Below are positions 1 through 13,800 of a stretch of DNA of 64,000 bases, piece after piece. The notes below the pieces were generated by a model. The model worked only from the letters and a program-made list of their open reading frames with translations. It was not told where the DNA came from and made no database searches. This stretch comes from Azolla caroliniana. Taxonomy: Eukaryota > Plantae > Polypodiophyta. Made by a program: the position numbers and the translations under genes. The DNA is taken from assembly GCA_043228905.1 (NCBI GenBank), contig JBHGNT010000001.1, positions 31,496,001 to 31,560,000 of the forward strand, written 5' to 3'. How positions within the stretch are numbered: position 1 is the stretch's first letter; every line of letters starts with the position of its first letter.

Positions 1-105
1 AAAACTAATCACCATCAGCGAGCCTCTGGGTTAATTAACGTCATTAATGGATGACTGTGTGTATGCTCATATCCTCTTCTCAGAGATTAAAAGTATAATA
101 CTAAC

Positions 106-1426
106 CTTCTCTTCCATTGCATTATTTTCAAACCCATCATGCAGAGGAACTTCATTAGATGAATTCTCCCCCTCATCTTCAAGCTCCCTGAGAGATATTA
201 TGAATGTGATTACATATACATTATTTGCTTGCATCAAAAGCATAAACATAATAGAGTAACAAGATTAGATTTCATACCTATTAACGTCCTTCTGCATGTC
301 ACGTTTTATCTTAACCTATCCAGACAAATCCATATAAAGATCCATTAAGATTCACATTGTGTAACCATATCATCATCATATCATGTACGCTTCATGAACT
401 ATGACTCACATGTAAAAGGCTGCCAAAATTACAATTTTGCAACGGTAAGGACAAGGAAACTGGTACATGGGCCAGAGTATATTCTGTCATATCAATAGTG
501 GCCTCTCCGAGAATGCCGAACCGAGATAAACCCTGAAATTTTAAAGAGAACAATGATGTGATCTTTCATTCCAAATAACCTCCAGACTTTACTTGAATCA
601 CATCAATGATAAAATCTTTCACGCCAAGATGACTACATATTAAAAATCTAGCCTAGTGGCAACAAGATCCACTTCAACAGGCAGAAATTAAATCTGGGTA
701 ACTCTGCATAGAACCACAATTTTATAAAGATCTTTACTAGCATTTCAACCCCAAGATAATTAGACTTGCTTCTGCAGTAAAAGCAACATAATTTACCATA
801 GAAATCACCTGTTTATAAAACTCTTTATTTCCATTCAAAATACAAATATTCAATAAAGCAGAAGGTCATTTTGAATATAAATTGCAAGAACAAACGAAGA
901 CCATCCATCCCTTAAGCAATGCAAACCACGACATTTAACTTGATCTCCTAAGGCATGAACTTTGCAAGAAAAATTACCATAGAGACCACCAGTCTATATA
1001 GCTTTTTATCGGAACTTTTGCCATCAATATCCCGAGAAAGAAATGTGGATTCGAACACAGGATCTGACCAGAAACAAGACCCGTTTTTCACTATCGCTTT
1101 CCCTGTTTTGGCAATAACTTTTCCTGTTTCAACTGAGACCAAAGATACCAAGAGTTTGTCCCATCCTCGCCGGGGAACCTACAATATCATATCATCCAAT
1201 AACTTGACCACATTTTCATCTAAGAACCTCACTAATGTAGCATACATTAGCTTGGCCATGTTCACCAGACTTAATATCCAATCACTTGACTACATTTTCA
1301 TGCATGCAACATGAGATTATGCGACCCAAATGGAGTGCACTTATAACTTACCTTCGTAGCATGAAATTCAAGCTTAAAAGTAACTTTCTCCTTTGTTTTA
1401 AAAGGCTTCTTTTGAGAGGACTTCAT
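106..1426 (-). CDS. NT-C2 (EEIG1/EHBP1 N-terminal C2) domain protein, 5' exons; 3' end unresolved at the window edge
   Basis: GT-AG exons 1426-1352, 1178-978, 532-410, 315-278 and 187-106 splice in frame: MKSSQKKPFKTKEKVTFKLEFHATK|VPRRGWDKLLVSLVSVETGKVIAKTGKAIVKNGSCFWSDPVFES...LYRLVVSM|GLSRFGILGEATIDMTEY...SLPLQNCNFGSLLH|VKIK. This is the typical plant NT-C2 signature. A further small exon may start at 25. Confidence 0.88.
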
Positions 1427-1690
1427 CGTATTGAAGAAGATCAGACGACCCAAACGCTCAGCTATAATTCCAATTAATTAACCTTCATATCTATCTAGAG
1501 CTTGAACAATTAATGTACGTGAGCCAATTTGGGCACAACGTGGATTTCTGATCTGAGGTTAGAACCGTGTATAAAGAAGAAAGCCATGGTCTGCAACCAA
1601 AGACCGAATGGATTTGCAATGATGCAAGAATGCAATGGCAGAGAGCCTAAAGCAGCTGGATTTCGATTAAAACTGTAGCCTTCACGTGAG

Positions 1691-1695
<5 letters not shown>

Positions 1696-1721
<26 letters not shown>
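1696..1721. repeat. (GA)n/(CT)n microsatellite in the probable 5' leader of the NT-C2 gene
   Basis: Direct reading. Confidence 0.9.
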
Positions 1722-4216
1722 CTCTTGCTTCTTGGTAATGTTTCCTTTTCTTCCTCCAAACCTTTTGGTTTTGTTGAAGAGAGAGATTGGGACGTTGTGA
1801 GCCCCACCATGAATGAAACACCCCTTTCTTCAAAGTGTTCTTTTGTAAAGACTTTTGTTACAATACTACGGCCTAACGAAAAATGATGACAGTTTATATA
1901 TATATATATGTACATATATCCTTACAAACAAACAAAAGAATGCAAATGATGCTGTGATGTGGATTGAAGACCTTCAAGGGGATTCAGAGATGACTGTTGT
2001 TGGATATAAGTGTGGTGACATGCAACAGCTATTAGCCTATGATTGCTATGCTATCCCTATATCCCCATATAGGGATGTGGATATGGATATAGTATAGAAC
2101 TTCCTTCCATCAAACCTTTCCCCCCAATCGTATCAATAAAATTCACCACAGTTATTGTCATATATTCCTTTAATAGGCATCTCATATCTCTCTTTTTCAG
2201 TAGTTCATTTACCAGATAGAGAAGTTTGTCTCTTAATCGAGCCCGTTTTCAATGCCCTAAACATTGGCAATCACATCGTGTCGATATCTACGCCATCACC
2301 CCAATAGTTGGATCTTCGTTTTTGTCATGTCCTTTTTTCTCACCTCTACCCTTGTGTCGAGCATTATATATCTATGCCTCAACGCCCACTACTTGTATGT
2401 ATCTCGTGAAAAGTGACATCTTTTAGTTGCTTATGTGCATATGGCATTAGCATTAACTAGCATGATAAAGCCCATAGTTTCCATAGGTTATAAGGAATGA
2501 ATGTCTATCTCGTGGCATGGCAAAAGTAGTCAGTATGAGTTTAAGCAACTATAGCAAGGTAAAAAGAAGCTTCATGTTGTAGGATGTATCTAAGAGATAA
2601 CTTTGATCTATTTGAGCTCATCAAAATTTAGGGGGGGACACTCCTTAGATTTCCAATTTCATGGTATCATTGTTTCATGCGTAGGGAACATAGTGGGTGT
2701 TGTGACCACATCATACTCCTACTCCTAGTTTGTAACGACTCTATGTTTTCAACCTATTAATTACGTCATACTTACAAGCAACATATGTGCATTGTTTATT
2801 ATTCACATAGATTATTTGACAAGGGAATAAGTGGGCTTGGTGGGTGGATCTCCAAACACATGCGGCCTAATCAGTAGAGTTCTCTTAACTCTACCTTGTT
2901 CTTGTTGAGGTTGGGAAGTTTTTGAATATATTTGGCTAAGAAAACACTCAGAACGTGATAACATGTTTCGTATATGTTATAATGCAGCCACACCAGAACA
3001 TTTTGGCTTTTTAACACCTCTTGTTATTGGGATTCTCAAAACTCCTAGAAGTTATTGCTTCACCCTTCATGCTTTTGTATCGCTTTTTTGGTTGTTTCCT
3101 TGGAGAAGGAAGCTTATACGTATTGATATATGTATGTAAGGATTGAACGCGAGTGTTTTTAAATTATTATAGTGATTAGGAACATTATGTTTACAACAAC
3201 TAGTAATGTTCGTAACCAATATGTCCAGTCACCAAATTGCACTAGTTACTTTGCATGACTACCTACTAGTATGTTTGGAATTTACATATATTGCAACAAG
3301 ATAGCACTCCCATAAAAGTATATTGTTTGTGAAATAATTTCATGAGTGAAAGTAATGTATGTCTTATTATAAGCAAAGATTATGTTGTGTAGAGAAAAAA
3401 CTAATGCTCCATTAAAACAATGCATTTGTTATAAAAGTGCAGCTTTTATTGCGGCGTTACGTAATTTTGGGTCAAGACCATGTTTGAAACTAATTATTGC
3501 AATTTTCTGGACAACATAAAATTATATTTCTTGCACATATTGCTATGTATAAAGAACATCTTCCAAGGATTTGGCCACACTAAAAGTTTGTTAAAGATGT
3601 TTCATTATATTCAAATAGTACTATTGTATGTCATCTCTAGGATACAAGATCATTTTAAACATTGACCCATATATATATGGGATGAAATAAATCATATATA
3701 CTTTATTTTTTGCAAAGTACTTGTTTTACACATGGGTGTGATCGATCACCAAGAGTGCGGGAGATCGAGGTCAAGAAAATAATTGCAATACATGTAGATT
3801 ATTGACACCTCTCATATGGTGTTCATGTCGAGTAGTGTGATAACAATGTCATCAACAAGCATCGTGTTTCCCTAATTCTACGGTAAACATGAAATTGGTG
3901 AAGAACTTTATGATTTGATCTATCCCAATGCATAAACATTGTAAAATGTAATCTTCTCATGTGAATTACAAGGTATTTGAAACCTCCCATGCACATGGAA
4001 TCTTTTGAAAAGTAATATAATCAATACATTCTTTACCATTGTTCAAGGTTTACCAAGTTGTATATTGTTAGTACCTATCTCACTTACCGCCCACCTATCA
4101 TGCAAATACTAGTTTTTCTCGTTCCATGTACAATACCTAATCCTCTTTACTCATGTTATTTCATTGAAGGAAACTCTGCACGTATGAAGACCATGTGTCT
4201 TTGTCGAGCATTGTGC

Positions 4217-4370
4217 AATTCACTATTTATGTTCCATAGTTTAATGTGAACAATTTGCTTGCACATAACAAAGGTCATGTGACAAGACTTCTAATTTTCA
4301 ATTCACTTTTATGTTTCTTAGTTTCATGAGAGCATTTTGCTTGCACATAACAAGATCGTGTCATAGGACT
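4217..4370. repeat. Degenerate ~80-bp tandem duplication
   Basis: caattcact(a/t)tttatgtt...ttgcttgcacataacaa...gactt occurs twice. Confidence 0.6.
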
Positions 4371-5044
4371 TATAAATTGTTATTTCTACCTTAAACTTGA
4401 AGGGTTCCATATTAATCATGCTTTCTAAACCTTAAACCTAAAGGAGTTGAGTGTGCCATCTTGAAATTCCTTTTGCTTATGAATAAAATGTTTTTCTTCC
4501 ATTATCTTCAATTGCTTTTAGATGTTGTTATAGGGATAGAAAATATTGATATGTCTAGTTATGTTGAGCATGTTTATTTCGGCCTAAACTTTTTGTCAAT
4601 GAAAGTTGTCCCATGAGCATGTAACCACAAAAGAATGTATTTCCATGAAGTTGTTAAATCTAAAATTAATTCATTAAGTTGCAACAAATGGAATAGTAAT
4701 GTTGTTGTCTATAACAATTACTTTATTCGGAAATGATAATGTCAATAACAGCATGAAAATCAAGTTTTAATATATTCAATGCAAGTATCTACATACATTA
4801 CTGAAAACCAACTTGATGCATATGAGGTACAGAGGATCATGGATGATACTAACATTTCTTGCTTGAAAGATATAAGCACATACATAAATGATGCCTAACC
4901 ATAGAAAGATAAACTTTGTGCTTCATAATGTTATATGTGTTTAACCAACCACGCGCCTCAATAATACATATTTAGGTACCATATGCATTGTAAGGATAGA
5001 TAATTCAGTTTTTTAACTTGCTCTAGAGTATCTATTGTTGCTTA

Positions 5045-5272
5045 AAGTAGACGACTGTGAAATTTTTAGTGGAAAAAAATGGGGTTGGTTACAATCACTC
5101 ATGAATAGGGATGTGGGCCCCTCGACAACAAAGGCCAGGATCATCCTATACTTTTTTCTCTTTTCTCTTGAAGTAGACGAAATTTTTAGTGGAAAGAAAT
5201 GGGGTTGGTTACAATCACTCATGAATAGGGATGTGGGCCCCTCGACAACAAAGGCAAGGATCATCCTATACT
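5045..5272. repeat. ~120-bp-period direct duplication
   Basis: gaaatttttagtggaaa...gggcccctcgacaacaaaggc(c/a)aggatcatcctatact at about 5059 and 5179, nearly identical. Confidence 0.9.
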
Positions 5273-6650
5273 CTATGTGCCCAATGTTGATTTATATATG
5301 CTCAAAAGTACAGGTGAAAATGTTTGAGACATCTCACCATATTCTTCTTTTTCCAAAAAAAAAACACTACTTCGCATTAGTTAGCTAACAAAGTACATCA
5401 AAGACCATCAAATTTCAACAAAACTCACTCTGGCCTTCTCACCAAAATGATCATAGTCAACACCCCCTCATTTACAACAAAAGTATCCCATCAACTCTTT
5501 TAACATGGTAATTAACTTGTAACACAACTATACATATTTATAGCCCTTGATCACTAATGGAAGCCATTGGCAGAAACAACTATCTAGGTGCTTGGTAGTT
5601 CCATTTAGGCCCTGATGATGATCTAACCACCATAGGAGAACTGCTCCATTTCAGTATAAACTTTGATCGAGCTCTTTCTGCTTCAATCTCACCATACTTC
5701 TTATATGAGTTCATTCTAATAGATCTATATATAGGCAAGAGCATAGAAGTAAGATAGTACATGATGCAAGAGATGAGTCTATGAAAGGGATATGAGAATT
5801 ATATGGGAGCCTATAATAAGAAACAAAACCATGGTTACGACAATTTTACAAAGAATGTTAATGACTAGTCACCTCCAATACTTGGTTACTTCATCTTTCT
5901 CGAGCATGCAAATCCATAAGATAAAAATATTGTCTAGAATTATACACCATGTTTGAAAAAACAACTTTTCACTAGTCGTAGTAGTTGGCAAGAATGCAAG
6001 TATAATTTTACATAAACATTGTGGTTGCTTTCCAGGCCCTTTCTAACGTTAGTCGGTGTAGTTGGACAATAATCCACATGACATTACTAATAAATACCAT
6101 AACATCCATTATTGCAAAGGCATAGGCTTCATGGCCAATATTAAAGCCCAATTTTCGTGGATTCAAGGGCAGGATATGTCGGAACCTACTTTGTCCACGA
6201 GTTCCCTATGTCATCCTTAGTTTGATCATCAAACTTCAAAAGTAAATAAAAATATTGAGGACAACTTTGAGTTTATATTGCCAATAAGCCCATTAAAAGG
6301 TTCACGATAAATAGGGAGTACACACTTTTCCAAGGGACGTGCAAGAAATGTTGTTATTGAATGAGATAATGTTAAGATTGTTGAAGATAGAGTGTATTTA
6401 CATGCCAATCATAATAGGCATAATCACGTTTTTTTCATTAGTTAAAAAGTAAATTTACATACCCCTCAAATTTCCAAAACTTATATGCAAACACGTGTGC
6501 AATTCACTTGGTGTTGTAGTGAACCTTTCACACAATCTTCTCAATGATGTTCATATTCATTTTTCTTTTCTAGAAGAAATTTATTGTTTCTAAGGATAAT
6601 AAGATGATGATTAAAGATTTCATAATTTTCAAGGATTTATCTTCCAAACC

Positions 6651-6960
6651 TTGCTCATAAGGATCATTGAAAGGGAGTTTGATTCAGATCCGTGTCTTGT
6701 GGCTTTTCTAGTGGATGCATATGCTAAATGTGGCATTTTTGAAGATGCTACTGCAGTAATTGGACTACTTCTGGATGCAAACACCCTTGTAAGTTTGCTA
6801 AAGGACTGTGGCAGTGTAGTGGTAGCTTATAAGGGCATAGAAATTCACAATGAAATTGTGAGATTGTTGGAAGACAATATTGAGCTTGGGAATGCTTTGG
6901 TGGACATGTATGCAAAATGTGGCCAGCTTGGAAAAAACCGAAAAAAAATTCAATGATCTT
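6651..6960 (+). pseudogene. PLS-class pentatricopeptide repeat (PPR) fragment
   Basis: Motifs LVDAYAKCG, LVSLLKDCGS...KGIEIHNEIV and LGNALVDMYAKCG. No ATG start, an apparent internal deletion between motifs, and a frameshift in the A-run near 6932-6948. Confidence 0.8.
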
Positions 6961-7284
6961 TCAGATCGGGTGTTGTGGGATAGAGCGGCTTCAATAGTTG
7001 CACAATCTCTACGGAAAACATAGCATTTTAGCTGATGTGCCTTTTTTAAAACTAATGGAAGGATATTTTGTTTAAAAAATTAAAAATTTTGATATTTAAA
7101 CTAAACACGTGAGATCTCAACATTTTTAAGAATTCAAAATGAAACTGTTGGATTAAACTATGCTTCTTGTCTAAACTTCTTGGCTTTTATTTGTCATTGC
7201 AAGAGTGTAATGTTTTGAAATGGGGAGCATATCACCAGCATAGCCTTGAAGACAAGTGTTAAAGGCCAAAATTTATAGATCTAC

Positions 7285-8880
7285 GGGTAGGACAAATAGA
7301 AAATTGATTCTCCTAGGATTTCAAACAACACATAAGGATTTGGGACATGTAGGAACATGTAGTGGTTTGAGACACTAAGTAGTGAGGAGTTCACCAATGC
7401 AAAGGGGTTCTATGACTATCTCCTCCCATAACACAACATCTGTGAGACATTATAGAGTCTTTTTTACAAGGGATGTTGATGGGGTCTCATATCCCCGCTT
7501 ATCCTTTGCACATGGGTGCATAAGCACATTTGATCCATTATTTTCGTTAACCATTTGATCTAAGGGTAGGACAAATAGAAATTTGATTCTCCTGGGATTT
7601 CAAACAACGCATAAGGATTTGGGACATGTAGGAACATGTGGTGGTTTGAGAGACTAAGTAGTAAGGAGTTCACCAATGCAAAGGGGTTCTATGACTATCT
7701 CCTCCCATAACACAACATCTGTGAGACATTATAGAGACTTTTTTATAAGGGATGTTGATGGGGTCTCATATCCCCGCTTATCCTTTGCACATGGGTGCAT
7801 AAGCACACTTGATCCATTATTTTCTTTAACCATTTGATCTAAGGGTAGGACAAATAGAAAATGATTTTCCTGGGATTTCAAACAACACATAAGGATTTGG
7901 GACATGGTGGTTTGAGAGACTAAGTAGTAAGGAGTTCACCAATGCAAATGGGTTCTATGACTATCTCCTTCCATAACACAACATATGTGAGACATTATAG
8001 AGACTTTTTTATAATGGATGTTAATGGGGTCTCGTATCCTCGCATATCCTTTGCACGTGGGTGCATAAGCACATTTGATCCATTATTTTCGTTAACCATT
8101 TGATCTAAGGGTAGGACAAATAGAAAATTGATTCTCCTAGGATTTCAAACAGCACATAAGGATTTGGGACATGTAGGAACATGTGGTGGTTTGAGAGACT
8201 AAGTAGTAAGGAGTTCACCAATGCAAAGGGGTTCTATGACTATCTCCTCCCATAACACAACATATGTGAGACATTATAGAGACTTTTTTAATAAGGGATG
8301 TTAATGGGGTTTCGTATCCCCGCATATCCTTTGCACGTGGGTGCATAAGCACATTTGATCCATTATTTTTGTTAACCATTTGATCTAAGGGTAGGACAAA
8401 TAGAAAATTGATTCTCATGGGATTTCAAACAACACATAAGGATTTGGGACATGTAGGAACATGTGGTGGTTTGAGAGACTAAGTAGTAAGGAGTTCACCA
8501 ATGCAAAGGGGTTCTATGACTATCTCCCCCCATAACACAACATGTGTGAGACATTATAGAGACTTTTTTCTAAGGGATGTTGATGGGGTCTCGTATCCCC
8601 ACTTATCCTTTGCACGCGTGTGCATAAGCACATTTGTTCCATTATTTTCTTTAACCATTTGATCTAAGGGTAGGTCAAATAGAAAATTGATTCTCATGGG
8701 ATTTCAAACAACACATAGATTTGGGACATGTAGGAACATGTGGTGGTTTGAGAGACTAAGTAGTAAGGAGTTCACCAATGCTTAGAGACTTACGGATGTT
8801 GATGGGGTCTTGTATCCCTGCTTAGCCTTTGCACGTGGGTGCATAAGCACACTTGATCCATTATTTTCTTTAACCATTTG
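7285..8880. repeat. Tandem array of ~279-bp units, six copies with the last internally deleted
   Basis: Unit start gggtagg(a/t)caaatagaaa at 7285, 7564, 7843, 8109, 8389 and 8668 (periods 279, 279, 266, 280, 279). Confidence 0.97.
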
Positions 8881-10317
8881 AACTAATGACTTAACATTAC
8901 TACATAATCATAATAGCAACTGAGCATGGTTACATGTAAGATTTATCATTCCCACACATTAGCCCTTATAGTTGTTTCCCTCTAATGTACCTGGAACATT
9001 TGGAAAGATTTTATTTAACGTTCTTGATTAATCAGAGCTCATGTGGCATTATCTAAAAATTATCCAAATAACCTCGACCCATGAACAATTAATGGGATCA
9101 AGATCTTTATGTATCTAATTATAATAGATTTCAATTCGACAAGAACCAAAGTGATGATGACCCTATCTGACATTGCCTGTAAAGCTACATGATGAGTTTG
9201 TGTTGACTTCCTTATTAAGACGTTGATTTATCCTAAGCTAAGGATATCGAGATTGAGGAGTGGTGGTTAGAGAGAATATATGTCACTCTCCATAAAACCA
9301 ATGGTCATCATTAGATCTTGATCAAGGATATGATGGACACTTAGCTTAATTTTCTTACATGGTGCCAAGCACATGAACACGTATGTTTAGAACTATCATT
9401 CCCAAACAAGGTTTGGGGAATGTTTCAATAAGTTTGGGTACATAAAAAAGCCAAACAACACTCCATGGATTATATGTTGAGTTATTTTACAACGTTGATG
9501 GTGTTCTTGAAATTGAACATTATAAATTACTATATTAGCTTCAGCTATTGATAGCATCACCAAATATTACATTGGCTTCAAATATTTATAGCACTATTAC
9601 TACATTGATTTAAGATATTGTGTAGAAAATGTTACAACAGTTCAAGGTATTCATAAACTTGCACAATTGCGCTAATATGTGAATTTGTTTTGAGACAACT
9701 CTTCTTAATCTTAAATTTGATTATACATATTTTTACATGATATATAGATTCCCATTTTTCTTGATTAATCATGTATGCACATTCACAACAATAATTTTAA
9801 ACAATATTAATGGTTGATGTTAACCCCTCATGTAGTTTGAATTCATCAAACGGGCCATCAAGTTGTAGGCATGATATTATTTATTTCTTGATGGATTGAT
9901 GATTATTCAAGACTTAAAACGATCCTATGGTGAGCAATGGAACAAACAAGGCAACATAGATACTCGTATTATGAAGTTTGATGAAGCTATGGGAGGGGTG
10001 TCCTTGAGTAGTTGTGCATAAAATAATCTACAAATTATAAAACCTCATTTTTATTAGTTTACGTTGAATTCCTAAGAAGTCACAATAATATTTGTACACA
10101 TGGTTTAATTGTAAAGAATACTCATGAGTTGTGTATACACAGACACAACTTTACCTTAATTTCCTAGGAAGTCATTATAATGTTTGTACTCATGATTTGA
10201 TGCTCTAAAGAATACTTGATGAGTTGGGTACATATGGATTGTGGATAAGTTTGAGTGTGCGACATGTATTCTATTCTACAAATTGTTGGAATTGTGTGAA
10301 ATGGCCAATTATAAATA

Positions 10318-10630
10318 GGGAAAAGTACCAGGATACCCTTGGAAGTTCGTCTATTTACCAGAATGCCCCTGGATGTTCCAAATTTACCAAAATACCCCTA
10401 TGTCCAGAAAACTACACTTTATAAAGTAATTATACACTCAAATCTTTGGTAAATAGGGCTAGTTCGGGTCCATTTCTTCTATCTTTGGCAAATAGGGCTT
10501 GTAGATTTTAGTGTATAATTACTTTATAAAGTGTAATTTTTTGGACATAGGGGTAGTTTGGTAAATTTGGAACTTCCAGGGGCATTCTGGTAAATAGACA
10601 AACTTCCAAGGGTATCCTGGTACTTTTCCC
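10318..10630. mobile_element. Mutator-like MITE (313 bp)
   Basis: ~125-bp imperfect TIRs (gggaaaagtaccaggataccc.../...gggtatcctggtacttttccc) and a perfect 9-bp TSD ttataaata at 10309-10317 and 10631-10639. Confidence 0.95.
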
Positions 10631-11182
10631 TTATAAATATGGTGAACCATGTGGGCAAGACCACCTCGTTGCTTGCTCGTTCACTCACTCTCTGTGGACA
10701 TGTGTACCAAAGTGTTAGGAGGCCACGTTTTCTTGGAGGAGCAATAAAACAATGTGTATGGGGTAACATCAAGATTAGTATTATTAATCATCTAAGCACT
10801 AATGACAATGTACATAGATATGTAGTCACTCTAACTATTATAGTTATAGTCACAATCGATGCACTAATTACTACTCATGTCACTACTTTTGTATTTTCCA
10901 TTTACAATTCAAAATCAAAGAAGCAAACAACTATAGGTACAACTCTCATAACGGTTATAAAATTGGGGAGTTTCTAGGGACATTAGGTAATATTTCTAGA
11001 AATACAAATGGCATGCACGATACTATCACCATTTATATGAACGATAATATAAAGCATTCCCCTTTTCTTTTTCTTTTCTTTTTCTTAAAAAGATACACCT
11101 TGGTATTATGAAATCATAAGAAATACAAAAGTTGTGTTGGATAAACAAATATACCAACCGATTCCCTTGTACTCTCATCATA

Positions 11183-12350
11183 GCCGATTTGTTGAGCATA
11201 GCAGGCAATAAGGGCTGATCAAGCAAACACATATCGAAGATGAAGGTATTCCAGTACCACAGGTAACATACATATGAACCAAAGCAGTGGCAAGAAAACC
11301 TTATTCTCCAACAATTTCCTTTTCATGACCTCATCATGAATCTAGAGCAAGACCTTCACTTTGCATTTGTTCCCCTTATCTAGTTCTATCCCTCTTGTGC
11401 CTCTAGCTCTCCCATTAACTTGTCGTTCTCTCGCAATCTCATGCTCTAATCTCTCCCAAACCAACTTGCTCTCCCCTTCCTAACTAATTGTCCCTTTCTT
11501 TCTTTCTTGTACGAAGGTTGGATGCGAGTGGTCAGACAAGTTGTTACGAAACCCATTAATGCACCCGGGGGTGTCTAAATCTCATATAATGCATCACTTT
11601 ACGAGGACGGTATTGACCGCATGACCCAAGACACAATCTTATCTCTCGAATCTCAAGAGACATTCCGACTCCCCACCACCCTATGTCTCTATGTGCATGT
11701 GTATAGAGAAACCTTATGGTCGTTGGACGCTAAAGATATATGTACATACAAAGGTACGATGATGTAGCGTTACTATGTATTGGAGGAGCACTTTCTATGC
11801 GTATTGTAGTAGAGTAGTATATATGTATATGTATATATACATCCCTCTCACCTTCGCGCTCGCGAAGCTCAGGACCGATTTCGATCGCAGGATTAAGCCT
11901 ATTGTCATACAGGCGTGCAACGCAGATCTGATCAAGTATATCCACAACGTCCCGAGATGGTCTTCCAGGATCTGAATTCCGAGGATATGTTGATGTATCT
12001 GTTCTCTTCAACCTCCTACGGCCACCAAATTATTTCAGAAATATCAGATGATGATGATGATGATGATGTAGCGATTAAGGCAAAGCTTGAATCCTTACCG
12101 GAGACGGAGATGATCGATCCGGCCAATGGCTCAGAGGAGTATGTGTGGAAGAAGGAGGTGACTTTACTGGACACAGTTCGTAAGGAGATGGGACCTTCCG
12201 CCATATAATTGGACTTCTATGAATATCCGGGACTTGGAACAGATAACTCGTAACAACATTTCCGTGAATGGCCTGGTGGTGGGATCACAGCCTGCTTCTT
12301 GAACCTTCCAAGTGAGCTTGGTTGGCATCACATTCATCCCCCATCAATAA
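11183..12350 (+). pseudogene. Degraded multi-exon gene of unrecognised family
   Basis: Coding-like blocks at about 11183-11262 (ends cag|gtaac), 11518-11680 (after a pyrimidine tract and ag) and 11873-12350. They carry in-frame stops and a frameshift joining ...IKYIHNVP to EMVFQDLNSEDMLMYLF... Confidence 0.4.
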
Positions 12351-12819
12351 AAAACATTCTCTCTTTTCATCACATTCACGCATATTATGATCACGATCCA
12401 CGCTCCTCACTCCCTTCTATAGCTTTCTTTGCCTACATATTTCACTTCTATATATACTCAATTCTCTAACACGGATGTTTTGTAACTAATTTGGTGTATG
12501 TAAAATTTGTGATATTGCATTATGGTCCTTCCAATGTGTTCAAATTCATAGTTATATAAAAAATTGTTCTGATTGAATGTCACACACACACATATTAATG
12601 AGTGGCAATCAGACTTGGGTCCTGGACTAAACAACCTAAACATAAATCAAAGAAAAAGAAACTTATACCATTGTAGAGCGGCCTGTGGTGATTCTAGTAT
12701 AGAGACGAGGGAATGGGGTATATGCTCATGTTCTCTTGTAGAGAGAATACATATATAGTAATGCTACCCTATGTTTATAAATCATAACCTATTGCAATGA
12801 TCATCTCATTCTCTTTATT

Positions 12820-13300
12820 CTCATACTTTGGTGTTTGCTTGTATTAGCATAGGAGGTGAGATGTTTGTTAGATGTTTAACATCCCCCTCGTCTACTGTGC
12901 ACACTCGTAGGTTTACCAAGCGAGGTGCCAATAAGGGTGCCAAAAGTGGAGGAGAGTAACTCAAGTTTGTCCAGATTGGTAGGGAGTAGGAGGTGTGCCA
13001 AAGAGAAGTCAAGACGAGTGTGTGAAGCAAGGTGGGACATGAGAGGTCAGAAGGAAACGTTGTGGGATGTAGAGCCCTATAGAAAGTGGGGAACACCTTC
13101 TAATAGTGGGAGTGTCGAGAAGCAAGGAGTATGTGATGGTGTGGAGCACGAATTTGAGTAGGGAGAGAGAGGGAAACTTTTAAAAGCTTAGTCATAAAAT
13201 TCATGCATACATCTTTGAGCCACATGGACGTCAACATTGGCACACAATACTAGAATGTGGGGAAAGCCTTCTACTAATGGGAGTGTTGAGAGGCAAGGGA
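12820..13300 (-). mobile_element. LTR-retrotransposon relic (PPT/LTR junction and purine-rich internal repeats)
   Basis: Minus strand reads cgagggggaTGTTAAACA near 12890-12872; a gtggggaa...gggagtgt(c/t)gaga block is repeated near 13085 and 13255. Confidence 0.35.
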
Positions 13301-13389
13301 TTATCTCTAGGATGTCTAGTTAGTTTTTTGTTGTTTACTATTGTTGTCCAGACTCCATACTATTATTTTTAAGTTGCATAATATTGCAA

Positions 13390-13800
13390 TGGATCAAGAA
13401 TTGGAAGACTGAAGTTGCAACCAAGGAAGCCTTGCCTTCATAAAACCACATTATTTGTATAATGTTTCTAGGAGCTACACATGATGACATTAAAAAGGCT
13501 AAGGAGATGTGGGAATTTGTTTGTTATTGCTTCAAGGTTGAAGATTAACATGAATAAATATGTTCTAATTTCATGTATTGAACAAGATATAAATGAACTA
13601 AAGTGGTTAGGGGAAGATACCACATCATGGGTGATTTGTTGACATCTATTTAATCGAGACATTTCTTATGTTTCTCATATAGTGATTATCTATTTAATTG
13701 AGACTAACATATTTCTCAATAACAAGTAGGCCAATAGATGGATTATGGAGGACACAAATATGAAGAGTTAAAAAAGATGTATCAAGCTTGCCCACTTGAG
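13390..13800 (+). mobile_element. Highly decayed Copia gag-like relic
   Basis: Broken reading frame containing ...TLKKAKEMWEF..., resembling the UBN2/gag A-K-E-x-W motif. Confidence 0.3.

Noticed and set aside
7285-8880. CRISPR-like array
   Set aside because: Whole units repeat with no unique spacers, and the context is eukaryotic.
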